Positions 38,464 through 47,546 of a DNA stretch of 64,000 bases are shown piece after piece. The notes below the pieces were generated by a model. That model was not told where the DNA came from. It saw only the letters and a program-made list of their open reading frames with translations, and did not search any database. Source of the stretch: an uncultured Collinsella sp. (GTDB lineage Bacteria > Actinomycetota > Coriobacteriia > Coriobacteriales > Coriobacteriaceae). Both the position numbers and the translations under genes were made by a program. The first letter of the stretch is position 1; every line of letters starts with the position of its first letter. The stretch covers positions 39 to 64,038 of the forward strand of contig CATWQC010000010.1 in assembly GCA_958352845.1 (NCBI GenBank), in the 5' to 3' direction.

Positions 38464-39000
38464 TTAAGCGATGACAGCGACCTGGTTAAAGTCGAGCTCG
38501 ACCGGCGTCTCGCGGCCAAAGATCATCAGCGTGACCTTGAGCTTGCCAGCCTCGGTGTTAACCTCGGAGACCTTGCCATCAAAGTCGGTAAGCGGGCCAT
38601 CGGTGACGCGGACGGACGTACCGACCTCAATATCAACCGAGGTGCGCTTGGGCGAATCGCCCTTACCGGGACGACGAGTCATCTTGTTGTACTCGTCGCG
38701 GGAAAGCGGAGCGGGCTTGCCGTTGCCGCCTAGGAAACCGGTGACGCCGGGCGTGTTACGAACACACGTCCAAGCATCGTCATCCATCTCCATGCGGACC
38801 AGGACATAACCCGGGAAGATCTTGGAATCCTTGGTCTCACGCTTGCCACCCTCTTTAATCTCGGTGACGCGCTCCATAGGAATCTCGATATCAAAGATAC
38901 GGTCCTGCATGCCCATAGTCTCGATACGATGCTCGAGATCGGACTTTACGCGGTTCTCGTATCCAGAGTAAGTGTGAACGACGTACCAACGCTTAGACAT
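38464..39000 (-). CDS. nusG: Transcription factor NusG
   Basis: [28 protein letters not shown]. Confidence 0.98.
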   Translation of the reverse strand: MSKRWYVVHTYSGYENRVKSDLEHRIETMGMQDRIFDIEIPMERVTEIKEGGKRETKDSKIFPGYVLVRMEMDDDAWTCVRNTPGVTGFLGGNGKPAPLSRDEYNKMTRRPGKGDSPKRTSVDIEVGTSVRVTDGPLTDFDGKVSEVNTEAGKLKVTLMIFGRETPVELDFNQVAVIA

Positions 39001-39003
39001 GGT

Positions 39004-39342
39004 TTAGCCCCTCAATCCAGAGAACAGAGCAAGAGCCTCGCCAAAGCCAGCATCGAGCAGAGCGATGACGACGCCGACGACGATCAGAGAAGCGCAAACG
39101 ACAACCGAGTAGTTCACGAGCTCCTTCTTATCGGGCCACGTGACACGCTTCATCTCGGACTTCACCGAAGCGAAATACTTCTTGGTGCGGGCGAAGAAAC
39201 CAGGCTTCTCGTTCTTCTTGGACTTCGCAGCCTTCTCGTTCTTCTTGGCAACGGCCTTCTTGGCCTCAACCTTGGAGTTGGCGGCAGCTTTGTTGGCAGG
39301 TGCCGGCTGCTGAGCCTTCTTCTTGTTCTTCTTGTTGGCCAT
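39004..39342 (-). CDS. secE: Preprotein translocase SecE
   Basis: EMKRVTWP plus one TM segment; upstream of nusG. Confidence 0.93.
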   Translation of the reverse strand: MANKKNKKKAQQPAPANKAAANSKVEAKKAVAKKNEKAAKSKKNEKPGFFARTKKYFASVKSEMKRVTWPDKKELVNYSVVVCASLIVVGVVIALLDAGFGEALALFSGLRG

Positions 39343-39418
39343 TTGGGTTACCTCCGCGCAATGCGCTTATACATGAGTAAACCGTAAGCCCCCAAGTGGG
39401 AGCTTACGGAATAATGAC

Positions 39419-39494
39419 TGGCACGCCAGGAAGGACTCGAACCCTCAACACTCGGTTTTGGAGACCGATGCTCTACCAATTGAACTACTGGCGT
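39419..39494 (-). tRNA. tRNA-Trp (CCA)
   Basis: Cloverleaf ACGCCAG...TCGGT-CT-CCA-AA-ACCGA...GTTCGA...GCCA. Confidence 0.95.
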
Positions 39495-39507
39495 ATGTGA
39501 CTAGAGA

Positions 39508-39657
39508 CTAGCGAGTCTCTTTGTGCAGCGTGTGGTGACGGCACCAGGGGCAATACTTCTTGATCTCCATACGATCAGGCATGGTCGACTTGTTCTTGGT
39601 GGTCGTATAGTTGCGGCGCTTGCACTCAGTGCACGCAAGAGTAACTAGAGTACGCAT
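39508..39657 (-). CDS. rpmG: 50S ribosomal protein L33 (Zn-binding type); below the ORF-track length cutoff
   Basis: [49 protein letters not shown]. Confidence 0.96.
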   Translation of the reverse strand: MRTLVTLACTECKRRNYTTTKNKSTMPDRMEIKKYCPWCRHHTLHKETR

Positions 39658-39702
39658 GTATCCTGAACCTTTCATTTCCGCCCCGTACGGGCACGAGTTG
39701 TT

Positions 39703-39732
39703 ACTTTATCAGCTCCACGTAAGTGCTGTCAA
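39703..39732 (-). promoter_or_regulatory. rpmG-secE-nusG promoter
   Basis: TTGACA-N18-TAAAGT. Confidence 0.55.
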
Positions 39733-39874
39733 TGAAAACCTCGAGTCAATTGGTTCTCGGTGGATCCATTCATATTTGGAACACATCAATGAAGCCATCG
39801 AGATCTAATCGACGGTGCATCCAGGACCATTATCGATCCTCTCGACACCAGCAACGGCTCAATATCCATTGCAG

Positions 39875-39910
39875 AAAAGAACCCGGCACCCCTATAAGTG
39901 CCGGGTTCTC
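39875..39910 (-). terminator. tuf terminator
   Basis: AGAACCCGGCAC/GTGCCGGGTTCT stem plus T-run. Confidence 0.75.
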
Positions 39911-39936
39911 TAAGTCAGCTATATCAAAGAGCTAAT

Positions 39937-41127
39937 TTACTCAATGATCGTGGAGACGATGCCCGAACCGACGGTGTGGCCACCCTCGCGGATAGCGAAG
40001 CGCAGGCCCTCCTCCATGGCGATCGGGTGGATGAGGTCGCCCTCGATGGTGATGTGGTCACCAGGCATAGCCATCTCAGTGCCCTCGGGGAGCTTGACCG
40101 TACCGGTAACGTCGGTGGTACGGAAGTAGAACTGAGGACGATAACCATCGAAGAACGGGGTGTGACGGCCGCCCTCCTCCTTGGTCAGAACGTAGATCTC
40201 GCCGGTGAACTTGGTGTGCGGGGTAACCGAACCGGGCTTGCAGAGAACCTGGCCGCGCTCGATGTCCTCACGCTTGATGCCGCGGAGCAGCAGACCGACG
40301 TTGTCGCCAGCCTCGCAGAAGTCCATGGACTTACGGAACATCTCGATACCGGTAACGACGGTGTTCTGGGTATCCTTGATGCCGACGATCTCGACGGGCT
40401 CGTTGAGCTTGAGCTCACCGCGCTCGACACGGCCAGTAGCAACGGTACCACGGCCGGAGATGGTCATAACGTCCTCAACGGCCATCAGGAACGGGAGGTC
40501 GTTGTTACGAGCAGGCGTCGGGATGTACTCGTCGACGGCCTTCATGAGCTCGCGAATGGCGTCCATCCACTTGGCGTCGCCCTCGAGAGCGCCCAGAGCG
40601 GAGCCACGGATGACGGGGATGTCGTCGCCGGGGAAATCGTACTCGGAGAGGAGCTCACGGGTCTCCATCTCGACGAGGTCGATGAGCTCGTCATCGTCGA
40701 CCATGTCGCACTTGTTCAGGAAGACGACGATGTAGGGAACGCCGACCTGACGGGCGAGCAGGATGTGCTCGCGGGTCTGAGCCATGGGGCCGTCGGTAGC
40801 GGCGATGACCAGGATAGCGCCGTCCATCTGAGCAGCACCGGAGATCATGTTCTTGACGTAGTCAGCGTGGCCCGGGCAGTCAACGTGAGCGTAGTGACGG
40901 GCAGCGGTCTCGTACTCAACGTGGGAGACGGAGATCGTGATGCCGCGCTCGCGCTCCTCCGGAGCCTTGTCGATGTTCTCGAACGCAGTGAAGTCAGCCT
41001 TGCAGCCCTCGGTCTCGGAGAGAACCTTGGTGATGGCAGCGGTCAGCGTGGTCTTGCCGTGGTCGACGTGACCAATGGTGCCGATGTTAACATGCGGCTT
41101 AGTGCGCTCAAACTTCTCTTTGGCCAT
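39937..41127 (-). CDS. tuf: Elongation factor Tu
   Basis: [39 protein letters not shown]. Confidence 0.99.
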   Translation of the reverse strand: MAKEKFERTKPHVNIGTIGHVDHGKTTLTAAITKVLSETEGCKADFTAFENIDKAPEERERGITISVSHVEYETAARHYAHVDCPGHADYVKNMISGAAQMDGAILVIAATDGPMAQTREHILLARQVGVPYIVVFLNKCDMVDDDELIDLVEMETRELLSEYDFPGDDIPVIRGSALGALEGDAKWMDAIRELMKAVDEYIPTPARNNDLPFLMAVEDVMTISGRGTVATGRVERGELKLNEPVEIVGIKDTQNTVVTGIEMFRKSMDFCEAGDNVGLLLRGIKREDIERGQVLCKPGSVTPHTKFTGEIYVLTKEEGGRHTPFFDGYRPQFYFRTTDVTGTVKLPEGTEMAMPGDHITIEGDLIHPIAMEEGLRFAIREGGHTVGSGIVSTIIE

Positions 41128-41223
41128 AAAGCCCTCCTCTAAACAGGTCGTCCCCGGACGGGACTTTGCCTTTATACCATAGTGGCCTCTCAACATACTA
41201 TTGAGAAGCCACCGTGTTACCTA

Positions 41224-41300
41224 TGGTAGCGGTGACTGGATTCGAACCAGTGACGCCACGGGTATGAACCGTGTGCTCTAACCAACTGAGCTACACCGCC
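41224..41300 (-). tRNA. tRNA-Met (CAT), elongator-like
   Basis: GGCGGTG...CACGG-TT-CAT-AC-CCGTG...ACCA. Confidence 0.9.
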
Positions 41301-41303
41301 GGA

Positions 41304-41379
41304 TGGAGCCTGCAACCAGACTTGAACTGGTGACCTCTTCGTTACCAACGAAGTGCTCTACCGACTGAGCTATACAGGC
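41304..41379 (-). tRNA. tRNA-Thr (GGT)
   Basis: GCCTGTA...CTTCG-TT-GGT-AA-CGAAG...TCCA. Confidence 0.95.
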
Positions 41380-41389
41380 ACTTGACGGG

Positions 41390-41471
41390 TGGGAGCTATA
41401 GGATTCGAACCTATGTAGGCAGAGCCAACGGGTTTACAGCCCGTCCCCATTAACCACTCGGGCAAACTCCC
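41390..41471 (-). tRNA. tRNA-Tyr (GTA); CCA not fully encoded
   Basis: GGGAGTT...ACGGG-CT-GTA-AA-CCCGT, long variable arm; 3' end reads ACCC. Confidence 0.93.
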
Positions 41472-41533
41472 AATCGTTCAAGTATCCGCAGGTCCTTTGG
41501 TCTTTTGGACCGCCGCCCCCGCGAACGAAAAAG

Positions 41534-41563
41534 ATAATACGATGCAACCTTGGGGGCTGTCAA
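41534..41563 (-). promoter_or_regulatory. Promoter of the tRNA-Tyr/Thr/Met-tuf unit
   Basis: TTGACA-N18-TATTAT. Confidence 0.6.
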
Positions 41564-41796
41564 CGAAAACCTCTAGATACACGGTGCCGGGCGTATCTAT
41601 ATAGCTGTGACCTGCGGTTTTGTTGAGTTTGGATATGAAGGACGGTGGTTTTGGATACTGAGGTGACGTTTCCCGAGGTAACACTTTGGTGTAGTGGAGT
41701 ACACCTTCAGTATCGAACTTCGATACCGGCTTATTTGCACCTATATATAGGTCGAGATCGGGGCTTCCCAGACAGAAGATTGCTCTTCCCAGGCAA

Positions 41797-41914
41797 AATC
41801 GAGCGTGGATTTTCTTCCGTTTGAAATCGAGCGTGGATAATCTGCCACTTTTGGCGTGTCCCCATGGCCAAAGTGGCAGATTATCCACGTTCGTTCATCC
41901 GATAATCCACGCTC
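41797..41914. repeat. Nested palindrome with four GAGCGTGGAT-type motifs
   Basis: CGTGGATAATCTGCCACTTT...AAAGTGGCAGATTATCCACG plus outer copies. Confidence 0.75.
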
Positions 41915-41945
41915 AGGGGGGCAACCGAGCTCGACACGGCTTTTG

Positions 41946-42080
41946 TCTCGATCTGTAACATATAGAGAACATTTTCTCCCCTATCTGTTACAGGTTGAGA
42001 TATTACGCAGAGACCCCAGCTTACGTCTCATTCTGTAACAGTACGAACGGTTTTCCGCCCCTTCGTGTTACAGATCGAGA
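41946..42080. repeat. Array of four alternating inverted 15-mers at exact 40-bp spacing
   Basis: TCTCGATCTGTAACA (41946), TGTTACAGGTTGAGA (41986), TCTCATTCTGTAACA (42026), TGTTACAGATCGAGA (42066). Confidence 0.88.
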
Positions 42081-42175
42081 CAAATCTGAAGCTTGGCCGG
42101 TGCCAAACCCGCTGACTTATCGACATAAATAGAAACGGGCCCTGTCCCACAAGGGAACAGAGCCCGAAACTCTCA

Positions 42176-42250
42176 TGGAGCCAGTGACAGGAATCGAACC
42201 TGCAACCCACTGATTACAAATCAGTTGCGCTACCGTTGCGCCACACTGGC
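42176..42250 (-). tRNA. tRNA-Thr (TGT)
   Basis: GCCAGTG...CTGAT-TT-TGT-type loop (TTGTAA)-TCAG...GTTCGA...TCCA. Confidence 0.95.
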
Positions 42251-42397
42251 ACACTTGGCGCTTTCACGCGAAGCCAGTTAAGAATAAAGGAATTGCGGAC
42301 GGGGCGCAACAGGCCGCACGGCGTTATACAAATATGCAAAATCCAGCAACAACGCGTACCAGGCCCGTTCATTTCTGTCAGTGCGCCCTCAATCTTA

Positions 42398-42470
42398 AAA
42401 CCCTTCGCCAGAACGAATAGTTATAATTACAATTGCTATATATAAAACTATTCGTTCTGGCGAAGGGTTT
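42398..42470. promoter_or_regulatory. Perfect 25-bp inverted repeat around an AT-rich 23-bp core
   Basis: AAACCCTTCGCCAGAACGAATAGTT / AACTATTCGTTCTGGCGAAGGGTTT, ending 4 nt before the ATG at 42475. Confidence 0.7.
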
Positions 42471-42474
42471 CGCG

Positions 42475-43815
42475 ATGCTTACTACCAAAGAAGCCGCCGA
42501 GCTGCTCGGCATCACTCCGCGCAGGGTGCAGGAGCTCATAAAAAACGGAGCACTTGAGGCCCGCAAGGCTTCTGGTGTATGGCTCATCGACAAAGACAGC
42601 GTCGACACGCGACTCCGCTCTGTGACCAAAACGGGGGGACGTCCCCGCCGCGGCCACGGTAAGAACGAGATCGCGTTCACCCTCATGAACCGCACGTACG
42701 AAGTCGCTCAGCTGGTCTACAGCACATCGCGAAAAGACTTTACCCACATCGGTGCCGACATCGATTACGCCCACGCCCCTATTGGAGTATTTGGCCCTAA
42801 TAGCCCCATATCGCTCGACTCCTTCCGCATCTGGTGGCGCGGCCGCGGTATCCCACTCGCACGCATTGGGCTTGCCTCCCTGCTTGCAGAAGCCGCAGTC
42901 GATGTTCCCGATGAACTCGTACAGCGAAATCTTGGCCTCTCCTTATCCGACCAGTATTGGATTAGGCCCCAAGGTTCCGGTCTCACCTGGGAGGATATCA
43001 ACTTCTTCAATAACGCCTTTGATGACGTCTCACTGTCCATTGCACCCTTTGCCCCAGAGGGAAAAGCGGCTGCTGCAAAGCCCGATAACACCTCGGACGG
43101 CAATCTTCAAAAGTACTGGACGTGCGAGGGCGAACGTCGAATTCTGCATAAGGCAGGAGCGCACCTGGACCAGGAACCTTATAACGAGCTGGTGGCGACC
43201 GCGCTCCACCGTCGCATCCTAAACGCCTGCGATTATGTGCCTTACTCGCTCGAGGGCACGGGCACTTCCGCCCTGAGCACATGCGATGTCTTCTTAACTG
43301 ATGAAGAAGAGTATGTCCCTGCGTTCTATGTAAACCAGCACGCAAACGCAGATGAACGGCTAACCGACTACGAGCGATATGTAGCAAACTGCGAGGAGCT
43401 CGGGGTGACAGGCGTCAAGGATGCCCTTGACCGCATGATCGTATGTGACGACATCATTGCCAACTACGATCGTCATTGGCGCAACTTCGGCCTCGTGCGA
43501 AACGTAAACACGCAAGCTTGCAGACCTGCCCCCATCTTCGATTCGGGCTCATCGCTCTGGTGCAACATATCACTAGAGGAGCTTGGGGCGGGAGAGCACA
43601 GTTTTACCAGCGCACAATTTCATTCAAGCCCCGCCAAACAAATGTTGCTCGTCGAGGACATGGGCTGGTTTGACGGCGACAAACTCGAAGGCTTCGTTGA
43701 CGAGGCAATCGAGATTCTGTCTAAAAACGATGCCCTAGCAGCGAGACTGCCTTATCTAAAAGAGGCGCTAACGTGGCGCCTCGAAAGAATGATCGACATC
43801 GCTGAATGGAGTTAG
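42475..43815 (+). CDS. Excisionase-like HTH fused to a HipA-like kinase
   Basis: MLTTKEAAELLGITPRRVQELIKNGAL (HTH_17-like); DGNLQKYW, EPYNE, DRHWRNFG, APIFDSGSSL. Confidence 0.85.
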   Translation: MLTTKEAAELLGITPRRVQELIKNGALEARKASGVWLIDKDSVDTRLRSVTKTGGRPRRGHGKNEIAFTLMNRTYEVAQLVYSTSRKDFTHIGADIDYAHAPIGVFGPNSPISLDSFRIWWRGRGIPLARIGLASLLAEAAVDVPDELVQRNLGLSLSDQYWIRPQGSGLTWEDINFFNNAFDDVSLSIAPFAPEGKAAAAKPDNTSDGNLQKYWTCEGERRILHKAGAHLDQEPYNELVATALHRRILNACDYVPYSLEGTGTSALSTCDVFLTDEEEYVPAFYVNQHANADERLTDYERYVANCEELGVTGVKDALDRMIVCDDIIANYDRHWRNFGLVRNVNTQACRPAPIFDSGSSLWCNISLEELGAGEHSFTSAQFHSSPAKQMLLVEDMGWFDGDKLEGFVDEAIEILSKNDALAARLPYLKEALTWRLERMIDIAEWS

Positions 43816-43842
43816 CGAGGCAGCATTGCCCCGCCAACTCCC

Positions 43843-44520
43843 CTACCTCCCGCGAAGGGCCTTGAGCTTGGCCAGGGCATCGGGGCTCAGGCGGCTGCCC
43901 AGGGTCATCTTGATCTGCGGAGCTTCCTCTGCCTCGTGAACGTCGTTATCGATCTGCTTGATCTCGTCCACCAGCATACGGCTCGAGATGCGCGTAACAC
44001 CCTTGCCCATGACGACGGCCTGGATCGTGCCGTCGCTCGACACCACGGAGCACGCGCGGCCTTCCTCGCGTGCCTCGATGCAGAGCTTCTGCACCACGGT
44101 ATCGGCCGAGACGCCCGTCGGCGAAAACTCGATGCGCACGCCACGGGCCGGCAGGTTGGGGCGCTCGCTGGAGATATTGCCCGCACCGTCAAACACGATT
44201 ACGGCCTCGTAGCGGCCCTGGGCAAACGCGGCAACGTCGTTGATGAGGGCGGTGCGCGCCATATCGTGAACGTCGCTGGAGTATGGATCGTCGGAATGGT
44301 CGTAGACGAGCTTTTCGTAGCGCGGCGTGCAGTGGATCACGTTGTAGCCGTCGACCACCAGCAGCTCGGGCTTATTGGAGTGCACCGTCGAGACCGGATC
44401 GGCGATGGCCTGCGCAAACGCATTGCCGCCCACGCCATAGGTCGCGGCCGAAACAATCGGCTTGGCCGAGCCCTCGCCAAAGCGCTTGGCCTTGGACTTA
44501 GCGCGGTTCTTCTTGGACAT
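43843..44520 (-). CDS. NYN-domain RNase (YacP/Rae1-like)
   Basis: LVVDGYNVIH, IVFDG, SADTV, VVSSD; follows rlmB. Confidence 0.88.
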   Translation of the reverse strand: MSKKNRAKSKAKRFGEGSAKPIVSAATYGVGGNAFAQAIADPVSTVHSNKPELLVVDGYNVIHCTPRYEKLVYDHSDDPYSSDVHDMARTALINDVAAFAQGRYEAVIVFDGAGNISSERPNLPARGVRIEFSPTGVSADTVVQKLCIEAREEGRACSVVSSDGTIQAVVMGKGVTRISSRMLVDEIKQIDNDVHEAEEAPQIKMTLGSRLSPDALAKLKALRGR

Positions 44521-44523
44521 GCG

Positions 44524-45438
44524 CTACTCCTCCCCCATGAGCTCGCCGGCATTGCGGCGCAGCCACTCAAAGCACAGCGCGGTGGTCGCCTGGGCAACGT
44601 TGAGGCTCTCGGTCATGCCACGCTGGGGAAGCTTGGTCAAAAAGTCGCAATTCTCGAGCACCAGTCGCGAGATGCCGTCGCCCTCGGAGCCCATGACGAG
44701 TGCCACGCGGCCCTCGAAGGGAGCATCCCAACAGCTGCCCTCGGCGTGCTCGGAAGCACCGCCCACCCAAAAGCCGGCAGCCTTGAGGTCATCGAGCGCA
44801 CGGGCGATATTGGGCACCTGCGCGATGGGCAGGTGCATGACGGCGCCGGCAGAAGTCTTGTAGCTGCCGACGGTCACACCGGCGGCGCGCTTGTTGGCAA
44901 TGATGACGCCCGCCGCGCCCACAACCTCGGCAGAGCGCACGATTGCACCAAAGTTGCCATCGTCGGTCACATGGTCGAGCACGATGACGAGCGCCGGACC
45001 GTCGCCCGCGCGGTCAAGGATGTCGGCGACATCGGCGTAAGGGAAGTTACCAACCTCGAGCGCAATGCCCTGGTGAGCGCCATGGCTCGACAGTGCATCG
45101 AGCTGCGCGCGCGGCACATACTTAATGCGGACACCCGCGGCGTTGAGGTCGTCGACCAGGCGCGACAAGGCGGCATCGCGCTCCCCGCCCTCGGCAATGA
45201 GCGCGCACTTGATGGGAAAACCAGTGCGTAGCGCCTCGGCGGCAGCACGGCGACCTTCGATAAACTCGCCTTTGGGGACCTGAACGTTGTCGCGGTTGCG
45301 ATCGCGCTGCGGACGTGCGGCCTGGGTACGATCGCGCTGGCCCTTGGGAGCGGCAGCGCGGTCGTTGCGGCGAATCGGACGCGAGCCAGAAGCGGCCTGC
45401 TTGCCACCACGAGGCGCACGCTTGCGATTGTCGGCCAT
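44524..45438 (-). CDS. rlmB: 23S rRNA G2251 2'-O-methyltransferase
   Basis: HQGI, LDHVTDDGNFGAIVRSA, MGSEGDG, ESLNVA. Confidence 0.92.
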   Translation of the reverse strand: MADNRKRAPRGGKQAASGSRPIRRNDRAAAPKGQRDRTQAARPQRDRNRDNVQVPKGEFIEGRRAAAEALRTGFPIKCALIAEGGERDAALSRLVDDLNAAGVRIKYVPRAQLDALSSHGAHQGIALEVGNFPYADVADILDRAGDGPALVIVLDHVTDDGNFGAIVRSAEVVGAAGVIIANKRAAGVTVGSYKTSAGAVMHLPIAQVPNIARALDDLKAAGFWVGGASEHAEGSCWDAPFEGRVALVMGSEGDGISRLVLENCDFLTKLPQRGMTESLNVAQATTALCFEWLRRNAGELMGEE

Positions 45439-45581
45439 AGGACGGCCTCCTTAAATAGATAACGAACAAGAATCGACCGTCCGAGCCACGGCACTTTGCC
45501 TTTCAATCGTCGGGCATGACCACCAGGTCTACGCCCTCCTCTTTCAAGGCAATCTGCCGCACCTCGAACGGTCGACAAATA

Positions 45582-47048
45582 CTAGAGGCTCTTAATACGA
45601 GTACCCGCGGCCGTATCCTCAATGGTGAGGCCCAGGTCCTTGAGCTGATCGCGGATGGCATCTGCCAGATCCCAGTTCTTGGCGGCACGGGCCTCGGCAC
45701 GGGCCTCGAGAATCTTGGCAGCGGCCTCGTCCACGTCGTCGCCCGTGTAGGCAACCAGACCGGCGGCAACGCCCAGCAGACCCAGCGGCAGCTCGACCTT
45801 GGGCTCGGGGAGCTCAACGCCAAGCGTATCGAGCAGCTCGGCCAGCGTGTCGGCGGCGGCAAGCGCGGCAGCCTTGTCGGCAGCGTCGCCCGCCTGCTCC
45901 AAATACTGGTTGCACTCGGTCACAAAGCCAAAGACGGCACCCATGGCACCAGCGGTGTTAAAGTCGTCGTCCATGCACTCCTTAAAGGTGGCACGAGTCT
46001 CGGCGGCCTTGGCGGCAAACGCCTCGGATGCTGCCTCATCGGCATCGGTCGTCGCATGGTTCGCGGCCCAGCGCAGATTCTCGACCGTACCGGCGATACG
46101 CGTGAGCGAGTTCTCGGCACCCTCCAGGCGCTCCCAGGAGAAGTCGAGCGGCGAGCGATAGCTCGTCTGCAGCATCAACAGGCGCAGGGCCGCGGCAGAG
46201 TGCTGCTCGAGCACCTCGGCCAGCGTAAAGAAGTTTCCGAGCGACTTGGACATCTTCTCGCCGTCGACCAGCAGCATGCCCGTGTGCATCCAGGTGTTGG
46301 AGAAACCCTGGTGCCAGGCGCAGGTGGCTTGGGCGCACTCGTTCTCGTGATGCGGGAAGGCAAGGTCGGAGCCGCCGCCGTGAATATCGATCGGAGTGCC
46401 CAGGTAGCGGTGCACCATGGCGGCGCACTCAGTGTGCCAACCGGGACGGCCCTCGCCCCAGGGGCTCGGCCAGCTGGGCTCGCCGGGCTTGGCGGCCTTC
46501 CACAGGGCAAAGTCGAGCGGGTCGTTCTTGTCCTCGTTCTCCTCGATACGCGCACCAACCATAAGGTCATCGATGTTGCGGCCCGAGACCTGGCCATAGT
46601 TGGGATCGCTGCGCACGGCAAAGTACACGTCGCCGTTATCGGCGGCGTAAGCATGGCCCTGCTCGATGAGCGTCTTGATCATGGCGATCATGGGGCCGAT
46701 CTCCTTGGTGGCGCGGGGGCGCACATCGGGATCGAGCACGTTGGCGGCGCGCATGACGCCGATGAACTTGTCGGAGAACTCCGTCGCGACCTCGGCGGCC
46801 GTACGGCCCTGCTCGTTGGCGCGCTTGATGATCTTGTCGTCGACATCGGTGAGGTTCTGGGCGAACGTGACCTCGTAGCCGCTCGCGATGAGCCAGCGGC
46901 GAATCACGTCAAAGCTGATGAACGTGCGGGCGTTGCCGATGTGGATGTTGTCGTAGACCGTGGGGCCGCACACGTACATGCGGACCTTGCCGGACTCGAT
47001 GGGCTGGAACTCTTCCTTTTTATGGGTAGCGCTATTGTAGATACGCAT
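45582..47048 (-). CDS. cysS: Cysteine--tRNA ligase
   Basis: YVCGPTVY, HIGN, GRPGWHTEC, KMSKS. Confidence 0.97.
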   Translation of the reverse strand: MRIYNSATHKKEEFQPIESGKVRMYVCGPTVYDNIHIGNARTFISFDVIRRWLIASGYEVTFAQNLTDVDDKIIKRANEQGRTAAEVATEFSDKFIGVMRAANVLDPDVRPRATKEIGPMIAMIKTLIEQGHAYAADNGDVYFAVRSDPNYGQVSGRNIDDLMVGARIEENEDKNDPLDFALWKAAKPGEPSWPSPWGEGRPGWHTECAAMVHRYLGTPIDIHGGGSDLAFPHHENECAQATCAWHQGFSNTWMHTGMLLVDGEKMSKSLGNFFTLAEVLEQHSAAALRLLMLQTSYRSPLDFSWERLEGAENSLTRIAGTVENLRWAANHATTDADEAASEAFAAKAAETRATFKECMDDDFNTAGAMGAVFGFVTECNQYLEQAGDAADKAAALAAADTLAELLDTLGVELPEPKVELPLGLLGVAAGLVAYTGDDVDEAAAKILEARAEARAAKNWDLADAIRDQLKDLGLTIEDTAAGTRIKSL

Positions 47049-47051
47049 TCG

Positions 47052-47546
47052 TTACTCCTTAACGGTTTTCTGTAGCAGGCAGACGGCCCAGGCGCCGATT
47101 CCCTCGCCCCGGCCTTCCCAACCGAGCTTTTCGGTCGTAGTGGCGGCGACGCCCACGTTTTCGACGTCAACGCCCAGGGCATGGGCAAGGTTGGCGCGCA
47201 TGGCATCGCGGTGCGGGGTGATCTTGGGTTGCTGACAGGCAATGGTGCAATCGGCATCGACAAACTCGAAGCCCAGCTCGCGCGCATAGTCCATCACGCG
47301 AGCGAGCAGCACCATCGAATCGGCACCCTCATAGGCGGGGTCGGTATCGGGGAATAGCTTGCCGATGTCTCCCCCGCGGCAGGCGCCCAGAATAGCGTCG
47401 GCCAAGGCGTGCGCGAGCACATCGGCATCCGAGTGGCCCAGCAGGCCGCGCTCGTAGGGAATGTCGACACCGCCGATGATACATCGACGCCCCTCCACCA
47501 GACGGTGAACGTCGTAGCCATGGCCAATGCGCAGGTTACTGAACAT
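47052..47546 (-). CDS. ispF: MECDP synthase
   Basis: RIGHGYDVH, GHSDADV, GDIGKLFPD. Confidence 0.96.
   Translation of the reverse strand: MFSNLRIGHGYDVHRLVEGRRCIIGGVDIPYERGLLGHSDADVLAHALADAILGACRGGDIGKLFPDTDPAYEGADSMVLLARVMDYARELGFEFVDADCTIACQQPKITPHRDAMRANLAHALGVDVENVGVAATTTEKLGWEGRGEGIGAWAVCLLQKTVKE

Noticed and set aside
39735..39870. Weak GGTG(G/C)ATCCA repeats between tuf and rpmG
   Set aside because: Only two short imperfect copies; not distinguishable from chance
41387..41392. tRNA-Tyr lacking an encoded CCA as a pseudogene
   Set aside because: The cloverleaf is intact and post-transcriptional CCA addition is common
41478..41888. 136-aa ORF in the tRNA spacer, and similar ORFs over the 204-bp hairpins
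   Set aside because: They run through palindromic repeats and promoters, with atypical codons and no motifs
42398..42470. Invertible (phase-variable) promoter
   Set aside because: The 23-bp core seems too short for recombinase inversion and no invertase is nearby; not fully excluded without reads
42176..43840. Prophage or ICE integrated at tRNA-Thr
   Set aside because: No integrase, no duplicated tRNA 3' end seen, and the gene lies on the 5' side of the tRNA
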